In this document: piece after piece, positions 31,433 through 39,035 of the stretch | Numbering within the stretch: position 1 is the stretch's first letter | Layout of the letters: each line of letters opens with the position of its first letter | NCBI GenBank assembly: GCA_964493485.1 | Contig: CAZBMQ010000001.1 | Coordinates: forward strand, 43,616 to 107,615 | DNA from: an uncultured Candidatus Saccharibacteria bacterium | Lineage (GTDB): Bacteria; Patescibacteriota; Minisyncoccia; Minisyncoccales; JANBVM01 | Direction: 5' to 3' | Length of the DNA: 64,000 bases | The notes under the pieces: model-generated | Databases searched by the model: none | Told to the model about the DNA's origin: nothing | Seen by the model: only the letters and a program-made list of their open reading frames with translations | Translations under genes and position numbers: made by a program

Positions 31433-32275
31433 ATGCAGAATAAAAAAGTTGACAAAAAGAGGTTAGCTTCATTTTTCATTGGATTAAGTGTTTTTACTCT
31501 CGCTTCTATCAGTGCAAGTTTTACTATTAAAAATTCTTTGGGTGAAGATTCAAATTTAAATTATTTAGCCCTTTTATTCCACAGGTGTGAACCCCTTAAC
31601 TATTTTAAAAAAGAAAAAAACATCATACTTAGAATAGATGACATCCAAGCATTTGCATGGAGGGATATCTCTATAAAAATGGTTAATGAAGCTTTTAAAA
31701 GAAAAATGCCGGTAGTTCTTGCTGTAATACCAGTAGGACTGGAGAAAGATAGAAAAATAGTAAATTATCTAAAGAAAAACCTCTGCAATATTGAGATTGC
31801 TCAGCATGGATGGGATAATAATATTTACAATAATCCTGACATACCTGAGTTCGGAGAATTAAATGAAAAAGAAGCCTATGAAAGAATAATAAAAGGAAAA
31901 AAAGTACTGCAAAAAATAACCAAAGACCCGATAATAACCTTTATCCCTCCAAACAACATATACTCTTCTGGAACCGCAGTGGCATTAGAAAAAACCGGTT
32001 TTAAAATTATCTCAAATGAAGGAAGCGGATATTTTGACTATACAGCTTCTACCTATGATTTTGAACATCATAAATTAACCAAAGTAACAGAGGTAATAAA
32101 TGAATGTAAAGAAGGTCTTTTAAGAAAGAATCTATGCATAATAATGCTGCATCCTCAAGATTATGCAACCGAAGGCAGATTAGATGAAGAGAAATATAAA
32201 AATTATTTAAAATTATTAGACGAATTAGAAAAAATGGATGTTGGGTTTGTTAAAATAAAAGATCTTATTAACTAA
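31433..32275 (+). CDS. Putative polysaccharide deacetylase (DUF2334/PgaB-like), membrane-anchored
   Basis: N-terminal TM. Motifs ILRIDDIQAF...VVLAVIP...IAQHGWDN...MLHPQDY. Lies directly downstream of the GT2 synthase. Confidence 0.55.
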   Translation: MQNKKVDKKRLASFFIGLSVFTLASISASFTIKNSLGEDSNLNYLALLFHRCEPLNYFKKEKNIILRIDDIQAFAWRDISIKMVNEAFKRKMPVVLAVIPVGLEKDRKIVNYLKKNLCNIEIAQHGWDNNIYNNPDIPEFGELNEKEAYERIIKGKKVLQKITKDPIITFIPPNNIYSSGTAVALEKTGFKIISNEGSGYFDYTASTYDFEHHKLTKVTEVINECKEGLLRKNLCIIMLHPQDYATEGRLDEEKYKNYLKLLDELEKMDVGFVKIKDLIN

Positions 32276-32375
32276 GATATATTTATCTTGAAAATATAAT
32301 TGACTTTTGTGTAAAGAAAGAGTAGGAAGAACAATATAACTTTATAGCTTTTTAAAAAAACAATAGGGATAAAAA

Positions 32376-33005
32376 ATGTCAGAAGAAAAAGATGAAATAA
32401 GAATTCTTATGCACGATATAAAAAATGTACTTTCGCGTTTTTTTCTAAGATTATCGTTAATCGAACAAAACATAAAAGACCCCGAAATCTTGAAATTGGT
32501 CTCTGAATTAAAAATAGATTCTGAGACAATAAAGGAAATAATAGAAAACTATGAAAAAATAGCTTTCCAAAAAACAGAAAAAAGGGAGTATATAAATCTC
32601 AAGAAAATATTTCAAGAAGCAGTTTCTCGTTTTCCTGAATTGAAAAGCAAAGAAATCAAGGTACAGTATGAATGCCAAGATAATCTTCTTTTGTGGGCAG
32701 ATTCGAGATTAATCATAATACTGCACAACCTAATTGACAATTCCCTCAAGCACGGCGGGGAAAACCTAAGTAAAATAACTCTTTCTTGCGAAAACAGACA
32801 AAATGAACTCAAAATATACTACAAAGACAATGGAATAGGAGTACCAGAAAAAGAAAAACAAAGAATCTTTTCAAAAAGCATTGGGTTATGGTATATCAAA
32901 AAGCTCTGCGGAATATATCGGTGGCAAGTAAAAGAGATTGGAGAAAAAGGATTTTGTCTTGAAATATCAATCAAAAACACCATAATTAAACCAAGAAAAT
33001 TCTAA
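32376..33005 (+). CDS. Minimal soluble histidine kinase (DHp plus HATPase_c only)
   Basis: H-box MHDIKNVLS, N-box LHNLIDNSLKHG, G1 DNGIGV. No sensor domain or TM, and no response regulator in the window. Confidence 0.7.
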   Translation: MSEEKDEIRILMHDIKNVLSRFFLRLSLIEQNIKDPEILKLVSELKIDSETIKEIIENYEKIAFQKTEKREYINLKKIFQEAVSRFPELKSKEIKVQYECQDNLLLWADSRLIIILHNLIDNSLKHGGENLSKITLSCENRQNELKIYYKDNGIGVPEKEKQRIFSKSIGLWYIKKLCGIYRWQVKEIGEKGFCLEISIKNTIIKPRKF

Positions 33006-33012
33006 ATTAAAA

Positions 33013-33043
33013 CCGATTTATTTTTAAAAATCGGCTTTTTTTT
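33013..33043 (+). terminator. Terminator CCGATTT...AAATCGG plus T8
   Basis: Read directly after the kinase stop. Confidence 0.6.
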
Positions 33044-33119
33044 ATTTCTTTTGCTTTATCTTTTCCTTTATTTCTTTTATTTTGTCTTTTATTTCTTCAA
33101 TTCTTCTTTTATCATTTCC

Positions 33120-33157
33120 ATACGCGTTAATTTCGGATATCCGAAATTAACGCGTAT
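33120..33157. repeat. 38-bp perfect palindrome ATACGCGTTAATTTCGGAT|ATCCGAAATTAACGCGTAT
   Basis: Read directly. Contains the ATTTCGGAT core of the intergenic repeat family. Confidence 0.9.
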
Positions 33158-33189
33158 ACTTTTGAAGCAACCATAAAGTAATTAAAAAT

Positions 33190-33240
33190 TCATACCATAA
33201 AAAATCATACCATAAAAATTCATACCATTTAAAACTCATA
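33190..33240. repeat. TCATACCAT(A)5 direct repeat, 15-nt period, 3.5 copies
   Basis: Copies at 33190, 33205 and 33220, with a partial copy at 33236. Confidence 0.8.
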
Positions 33241-33248
33241 AAGAAATT

Positions 33249-33290
33249 TTCGAATCAGTTAACTAATCATTCGAATCAGTTAACTAATCA
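33249..33290. repeat. Perfect tandem 2 x 21 nt TTCGAATCAGTTAACTAATCA; the second copy contains the copB stop codon
   Basis: Read directly. Each unit contains the palindrome AGTTAACT. Confidence 0.9.
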
Positions 33291-35245
33291 ATTGACAAGA
33301 ATCTGGCGTTAATTGCCACAATCACGGTGCTCAGAGACATCAAAACAGCACCAAGGGCAGGACTCAATAATATGCCAATACTATAAAAAACTCCAGAAGC
33401 CAATGGTATAGCGATTAAGTTATATCCTGTAGCCCAAAAGAGGTTTTGTTGCATCTTAGAGAAAGTGGCTTTTGCCAGTTTAACAACTGAGACCACATCT
33501 CTTGGATCATCTCTTACCAATATAATATCTGCTGACTCAATCGCAACATCAGTACCGGCTCCAATCGCAATCCCTACATCTGCCTGCACCAATGACGGAG
33601 CATCATTCACTCCATCCCCTACCATTGCCACATTTAGTCCATTAGATTGAAGCTTTTTTATTATCTCTGTCTTTTCGTGAGGAAGAAGTTCTGCAAAAAA
33701 TTCATCAAGCCCTAATTCATTGGCCACCCACTTTGCTGTCTGTCTATTGTCTCCAGTGAGCATCATACATTTAAATCCCATATCCTTTAGTCTCTTTACT
33801 GCTGTTTTTGATTCTTCTCTTATCAAATCAGCTAATCCTAAAATCCCGGCTATTTTCTCCTCTAATAAAATGTAAACCAATGTTTTGCCTTGTTCTAATA
33901 ATCTTTTAACTTCTGTTTCTGGTATTTTTATATCTTTTTCTTTAATATAATTCTGTCCCACTACCTTTATTCTTTTTCCTTCAACAACACCTTCAATACC
34001 TTTGCCAGGAAGCGATTTAAACTGCTGAGGTGGGGTTATTTCGATACCTTTTTCTTTGGCTTTGTTTAAAATACCTTTTGCTATAGGATGTTCTGAATTA
34101 GACTCCAAAGAAGCTGCATAAAAAAGAAGCTCTTCATCTTTAATATCAAAACTAACAATGTCTGTCACTCCAAACTCACCCTTTGTTAAAGTTCCGGTCT
34201 TGTCAAAAACAACTACATCTAAATCTTTTATTTTCTCAAAAGCTGCTCTGTTTCTTATTAAAAGTCCATGTTGCGCTGAGATTGATGTAGAGACAGCTAC
34301 CACTAAAGGAATTGCCAAACCCAAAGCATGAGGACAGGTAATTACCATTACTGTCACCATTCTTTCAATAGAAAAGGCGAAATCCTTTCCTAAAAAAGAC
34401 CAAGAAAACAATGTTATTACTCCAACAGAAATAGATATAACAGTAAGCCAAAATGCAGCTCTATCTGCAAAATCTTGAGTTTTTGACTTAGAAGCTTGAG
34501 CTTGTTTTACAAGCTGTATCACCTGGGAAAGATAAGAATCTTTGCCTGTTTTTCTCACCCTGACTTTTATCGATCCTTCGCCATTAATAGAACCTCCTAT
34601 TACTGTGTCTTCTTTTTGTTTAGATACAGGCTTTGATTCACCTGTAAGCATTGCTTCATTAACATTTGTTTTACCCTCTAGCACAATACCATCTACGGGA
34701 ATCTTTTCTCCTGGTTTTACAAGAACAATATTACCTACAACCAAATCAGAAATAGAAACTTCTTTTATCTTTCCATCTTCGTCTATTAAATGCGCCTGTT
34801 GTGGCATTAATTTTACAAGAGCTTCTAAAGCTTTCGAAGCTCCTAATACAGAGCGCATTTCTATCCAGTGTCCCAACAGCATGATATCAATTAGGGTAAC
34901 AAGCTCCCAGAAAAAAAGCTTTCCTTTAAAGCCAAATATTACTGCACTGCTATAGAAAAACGCTACACTTATAGCTAAAGCAATCAATGTCATCATCCCA
35001 GGCTGTTTCTTTTTAACTTCTTTTATAAATCCTTGTAAAAAAGGTTTACCTCCATAAAAAAATACAACTGAAGAAATAATAAAAAGCAGATATTTATCTC
35101 CTGTAAAAACAAATTTAAAATTAAAAAACTCCTGTATCAAAGGAGATAAAATCAACACAGGTAAAGTTAAAAGCAAAGAGAAAAAAAATCTCTTTTTAAA
35201 ATCCTCTGTCATCATCTTATGATGACCAATATGGGTAGATTTCAT
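33284..35245 (-). CDS. copB: P1B-type copper-transporting ATPase, CPH-motif (CopB-like), no HMA domain
   Basis: Motifs TGES, CPH (ITCPHALGLA), DKTGTLT and GDGVNDAP. Short His-containing N-terminus (HIGHHKMM). Confidence 0.88.
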   Translation of the reverse strand: MKSTHIGHHKMMTEDFKKRFFFSLLLTLPVLILSPLIQEFFNFKFVFTGDKYLLFIISSVVFFYGGKPFLQGFIKEVKKKQPGMMTLIALAISVAFFYSSAVIFGFKGKLFFWELVTLIDIMLLGHWIEMRSVLGASKALEALVKLMPQQAHLIDEDGKIKEVSISDLVVGNIVLVKPGEKIPVDGIVLEGKTNVNEAMLTGESKPVSKQKEDTVIGGSINGEGSIKVRVRKTGKDSYLSQVIQLVKQAQASKSKTQDFADRAAFWLTVISISVGVITLFSWSFLGKDFAFSIERMVTVMVITCPHALGLAIPLVVAVSTSISAQHGLLIRNRAAFEKIKDLDVVVFDKTGTLTKGEFGVTDIVSFDIKDEELLFYAASLESNSEHPIAKGILNKAKEKGIEITPPQQFKSLPGKGIEGVVEGKRIKVVGQNYIKEKDIKIPETEVKRLLEQGKTLVYILLEEKIAGILGLADLIREESKTAVKRLKDMGFKCMMLTGDNRQTAKWVANELGLDEFFAELLPHEKTEIIKKLQSNGLNVAMVGDGVNDAPSLVQADVGIAIGAGTDVAIESADIILVRDDPRDVVSVVKLAKATFSKMQQNLFWATGYNLIAIPLASGVFYSIGILLSPALGAVLMSLSTVIVAINARFLSID

Positions 35246-35868
35246 ATTTTAATATTGAATTTTCTTAAATCAGTTTTCAACTGTTTTGCATTCTTAAAAA
35301 GAATTGTATGCATCCCTAAAGACTTTTCCATCTCTAAAACCTGAGAAGAATTATCAACACAAACACATTCTTCGGGTTTGCATTTTATCTTTTTTAAAAG
35401 AATCTTATAGAATTTTTTTTCTTTTTTATTGGTGCCAAAATCAAATGAAAACACAAAATCATCAAACTCATTTAATAACCCGTATTTTTTATGTAAATAC
35501 TCAACTCTTTCTTTTATGTTTCCCGAAAAGACAATCACTCTATAATTCTTTCTTAATCTTCTCACAAGAGTCCTCATTCCCCTGTTGGGCTTATAAGAAG
35601 AATGCCAAATTTTTTCCAATCTGAGAAGCTGATTTTTACTAAGTTGAAGTTTTTTGGCAATCGCCTTCCAAAATTGCCTTCTTGTTAGTTTGCCCATACC
35701 ATAAAGAGCTTTTTCTTTACCTGTAAAAATATAATCAATCTTTCTTTTTCGGTCCTCTGGTAGGAATTTTAGCTTATTAAGATGTCGAAAAATTACTTTG
35801 GTTCCTGAACAAAAGTAAACACCACCCAAATCAAATACAATTGTTTTTATCATATTTTTTGTTTTCAT
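35242..35868 (-). CDS. HAD-superfamily hydrolase
   Basis: IVFDLGGVYF (motif I) with an ATGA overlap onto copB. The start may be the internal MIKTIVFD (35853). Confidence 0.65.
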   Translation of the reverse strand: MKTKNMIKTIVFDLGGVYFCSGTKVIFRHLNKLKFLPEDRKRKIDYIFTGKEKALYGMGKLTRRQFWKAIAKKLQLSKNQLLRLEKIWHSSYKPNRGMRTLVRRLRKNYRVIVFSGNIKERVEYLHKKYGLLNEFDDFVFSFDFGTNKKEKKFYKILLKKIKCKPEECVCVDNSSQVLEMEKSLGMHTILFKNAKQLKTDLRKFNIKI

Positions 35869-35889
35869 TGATATTTTAAATCTTGAAAT

Positions 35890-36051
35890 TTAGGATTTCC
35901 ATAATCCATGAACACTGCAACATTCTCTTGCTGTAATCCTCTTATCAGACTGGTGTAAATCAAACTCAACCTCAGGGTTATCTCCTGGTTTAAGAAATTT
36001 TCTATAAACCCTCTCCCCTACAACTATATTTGTATATTTGTCTCTGCCGGG
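35890..36051 (-). pseudogene. C-terminal remnant of a superoxide reductase (neelaredoxin-type)
   Basis: A 53-codon open frame without a start codon: PGRDKYTNIVVGERVYRKFLKPGDNPEVEFDLHQSDKRITARECCSVHGLWKS. The C-x-x-H-G-L-W end matches the SOR C-terminus (P. furiosus YCNIHGLWE, recollection). There is no room for the N-terminal His ligands before the rbr stop at 36072. Confidence 0.5.
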
Positions 36052-36071
36052 TCATATTTTATTTCTGTTAA

Positions 36072-36656
36072 TTAATATTCTTCACATTTTAACTCAAAAT
36101 AGTTCCTCGGATGATTGCAAGAAGGACAATACTCGGGAGGCTCTTCCCCTTCGTGAATATAACCACACTTTCTGCATACCCAATAAACCTTCTGTTCTTT
36201 TTTAAATACAGTATTTTGTTCTACTTCTTTTAACAACTTTTTGTATCTCTCTTCATGATGCTTTTCTGCTACAGCAATAGCACTCAATCTTGCTGCAATC
36301 TCTGGCAAACCCTCCTTTTCTGCTATATCTGCAAATTCAGGATACATTTGTGTATATTCATAATTTTCTCCTGCAATAGCTGATTTTAAATTATCTATAG
36401 TGCTACCCAAAATTGTGGGCACGCCAGCCTCTACTTTTATTTCATCGAACTCCTCATTGCTTTTCTTTTTTAAGTCATTAATCAACCTAAGAAGCCACTG
36501 AGCATGTTCTCTCTCATTTTCTGCGGTAATTAAAAAAATCTCTGAAATCTGCTCAAACCCTTCCTTTTTAGCTATCTTTGCATAAAAGGTATATCGATTT
36601 CTTGCTTGACTCTCCCCGATAAACGCCTTTGCTAAGTTTTCTATTGTGTTTTTCAT
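36072..36656 (-). CDS. rbr: Rubrerythrin
   Basis: Ferritin-like diiron domain ([20 protein letters not shown]) plus C-terminal rubredoxin-like CRKCG...CPSC. Confidence 0.9.
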   Translation of the reverse strand: MKNTIENLAKAFIGESQARNRYTFYAKIAKKEGFEQISEIFLITAENEREHAQWLLRLINDLKKKSNEEFDEIKVEAGVPTILGSTIDNLKSAIAGENYEYTQMYPEFADIAEKEGLPEIAARLSAIAVAEKHHEERYKKLLKEVEQNTVFKKEQKVYWVCRKCGYIHEGEEPPEYCPSCNHPRNYFELKCEEY

Positions 36657-36708
36657 AAATAGTATACTTTTTGTTAAATAAATAATATCGACCTTTTTAA
36701 AAATACAA

Positions 36709-37914
36709 TTAAGTCTCTTTGCAAGTATTGCAAACCATAAAAAATAAAACAGCTACTACAAAAGAAAGGGCTGCACCATAAACAAAAAGAAGGGTTGAAT
36801 TAATATCCCAAAGATATCCTGCAATAATACCTCCAGGAAGAGTCGCTAAACTTGTTGCTGTATGAAAAGTTCCCAAAGCAGTACCTCTCACTTCTTCTTT
36901 TGCCAAATCAGATATAAAAGCTCTCTCGGTAGCATTAACTAATGCATAATTCAAACCAAATAAAACAAATAAGATTATAAAAAACAAAAGAGAGTCTGAA
37001 AAAATAAAACCCAAACAAACCAATCCAAACAGTATATATCCCATCAATAAAACAGTTCTCCTACCTATTCTATCTGATAAAATCCCGGCTGGAACTGCAA
37101 ACAATGTATAAGCAGTATTGTAAAGAATATATAATAAAATAGGTATTCCTACAGCTGATCTCCCTTGAAAATAACTCTGACTCCTCAAAACAAAAAACAT
37201 ATAACTAAAATTACCTAAAGCAAACAAAGTTGCTAAAAAGATAAAAAGTCTGAGCGTTTTAGACAAGCTTTCTAATTTTATCCTCAAGCTTGTATTATCC
37301 TCTTTTGAGTTCTTTTTTTCTTCTTTTAGAAAAAATAAGGGAAATAAAGAAAAAAAGGCAATAATACCTGCTATCAAAAATATACTCTTGAAGCTTAATC
37401 TAAAATACCAAAACAAAACAAATGTAATAATAGCTCCCAAAACAGCTCCTCCGCTGTCCATGGCTCGATGAATACCAAAGCCCTTCCCTCTCTTGTCTTT
37501 TGTGGTAGAAGCAGCTAGGATTGCATCTCTCGGAGCTGACCTCACCCCCTTTCCAAACCTCTCTGTCATCCGCAAAAGCAATACATGGGGCCAAGTTCTT
37601 GCAAATGTAAATAAAAACTTACCAATAGAAGAGATAAAATAACCAAAAACGACAAAAGGTTTTCTTTTTTTAAATTTATCAGACCAATAACCTGCTATCA
37701 TTTTAAAAAGACTCGCAATGCTCTCGCCTAGCCCTGAAATCAAACCCACTGCCATGCCTCCTCCTCCTATTTCTTTAATAAAAAGAGGCAAGATAGGCAG
37801 AATAATCTTGCTGGAAGTGTCATTAATAAAACTGACCAAACCCAGCAAAATAACATTTTTTTGCCCTTCAGATTGTTTAGAGTTTTCATTATTAAAAGAC
37901 TCTTTTTCTTTCAT
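36709..37914 (-). CDS. MFS transporter
   Basis: ~12 TM segments with MFS loop motifs [12 protein letters not shown] and LSDRIGRR. Confidence 0.8.
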   Translation of the reverse strand: MKEKESFNNENSKQSEGQKNVILLGLVSFINDTSSKIILPILPLFIKEIGGGGMAVGLISGLGESIASLFKMIAGYWSDKFKKRKPFVVFGYFISSIGKFLFTFARTWPHVLLLRMTERFGKGVRSAPRDAILAASTTKDKRGKGFGIHRAMDSGGAVLGAIITFVLFWYFRLSFKSIFLIAGIIAFFSLFPLFFLKEEKKNSKEDNTSLRIKLESLSKTLRLFIFLATLFALGNFSYMFFVLRSQSYFQGRSAVGIPILLYILYNTAYTLFAVPAGILSDRIGRRTVLLMGYILFGLVCLGFIFSDSLLFFIILFVLFGLNYALVNATERAFISDLAKEEVRGTALGTFHTATSLATLPGGIIAGYLWDINSTLLFVYGAALSFVVAVLFFMVCNTCKET

Positions 37915-37919
37915 TTTTT

Positions 37920-38201
37920 TTATTTTCTTATCTTATATTCTTTTCTTTTTTTGTATTCTCTTTGTTTTGCAATATTCCATTGGGAAACTGGCCTCAAATA
38001 ACCGCACACCCTTGAATATACTTCGCATTTTCTAAAGTTTGTTAATCTTGGGTCTTTTTCAAAGCATTCTTTACATTTTACAACAAATAAATCCTTTCTC
38101 TCGTCTCTGTATTTTAATAAAACCTCCTCCCCTTCTTCAATCTCACTATTGCAATCATGGCAATAGCTATTTACTCTTCTCACATTTTTTGCAAATACCA
38201 T
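37920..38201 (-). CDS. 93-aa stand-alone NrdD C-terminal-type domain (zinc ribbon plus glycyl-radical motif RVCGY)
   Basis: CHDC...CKEC...EVYSRVCGYLRPVSQWNIAKQREYKKRKEY matches the class III RNR C-terminus. Overlaps the Fur-family gene by 35 nt. Confidence 0.6.
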   Translation of the reverse strand: MVFAKNVRRVNSYCHDCNSEIEEGEEVLLKYRDERKDLFVVKCKECFEKDPRLTNFRKCEVYSRVCGYLRPVSQWNIAKQREYKKRKEYKIRK

Positions 38202-38547
38202 AAATTAAAACTTGATATTTTTTAACTCTGCCGACCTTTGTCTTTTTAATCTCAGCCATCTTAATCTCTTCAAACACATCAAAAATCCCTCCGCATCTTT
38301 CACAAAAAAAATGGGCATGGGGAGACAAACATCCATCATAATGTCTTATCTCGCAAGGAAGTTCTTGAATTTCTCCTTTTTCTTTAAGATTGTTCAGAAT
38401 TCTATAAACAGTCCCCTTGCTTATCCGAGGAAGTTTCTTCCTTACATTTAAATAAACCTCTTCGGCTGAAGGATGGGATTTTGTTTTTTTTAAATAATCC
38501 AATATAATCTTCTTCTGAGAAGTGATTCTTTCTTTTACACTCTTCAT
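38167..38547 (-). CDS. Fur-family metalloregulator (PerR-like by context)
   Basis: Winged-helix N-terminus (HPSAEEVYLNVRKKLPRISKGTVYRILNNL), HFFCERCG and CKKC zinc site. Neighbours are rbr and an SOR remnant. Confidence 0.85.
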   Translation of the reverse strand: MKSVKERITSQKKIILDYLKKTKSHPSAEEVYLNVRKKLPRISKGTVYRILNNLKEKGEIQELPCEIRHYDGCLSPHAHFFCERCGGIFDVFEEIKMAEIKKTKVGRVKKYQVLIYGICKKCEKSK

Positions 38548-38598
38548 ATTAGTACTAATTCCTATTTAGATTCTATTCCTAATAAAAATAGCTGTCAA
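38548..38598 (-). promoter_or_regulatory. Promoter TTGACA-N17-TAGAAT plus 12-bp palindrome ATTAGTACTAAT abutting the Fur-family ATG
   Basis: -35 is the complement of 38593-38598 and -10 is the complement of 38570-38575. The palindrome is at 38548-38559. Confidence 0.5.
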
Positions 38599-38639
38599 CA
38601 AACAGCTTGTAGAAAAACAAAAAAGTTTTCAAAAATATA

Positions 38640-39014
38640 TTACTCTTCAACAGGCTCTCCTAACTTCCTTTTAAGTCTTTTTATTTCCTCTTTCAGTTCT
38701 ATCATCTTTAACTCTCTGCCCGTTGTCAGCTCACGCCACTGCTCAAGCTCCTCAAGTCTTTTCTTTGCTTCTTCTTCCCTCTTCCTTCTCTCTTCTTCCA
38801 TTTGTTTCCTTGTTTTTTCCAATTCCCGTAAGTCATCCATCATCAAACTCAATCCAATAAATAATTCTGAAAACTCATCTTCTTGTTCTGGAATTTCTAT
38901 TTTGCCTGAAAAATCTCCTACTGCTGCTTTCTGAATTATTGGAATCAACTGGGAAAGTCTCTTTTTTACATATTCTTTGTATTTTTTTAGCTCCTCTGAT
39001 TCTGTTTGATTCAT
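38640..39014 (-). CDS. 124-aa HAMP-like plus coiled-coil protein with TTGRELKMIELKEEI motif
   Basis: GDFSGKIEIPEQEDEFSELFIGLSLMMDDL is HAMP-like. The coiled coil shares a motif with the 49170-50084 C-terminus. Confidence 0.5.
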   Translation of the reverse strand: MNQTESEELKKYKEYVKKRLSQLIPIIQKAAVGDFSGKIEIPEQEDEFSELFIGLSLMMDDLRELEKTRKQMEEERRKREEEAKKRLEELEQWRELTTGRELKMIELKEEIKRLKRKLGEPVEE

Positions 39015-39035
39015 ATGTTTAATAAATATTATTAA

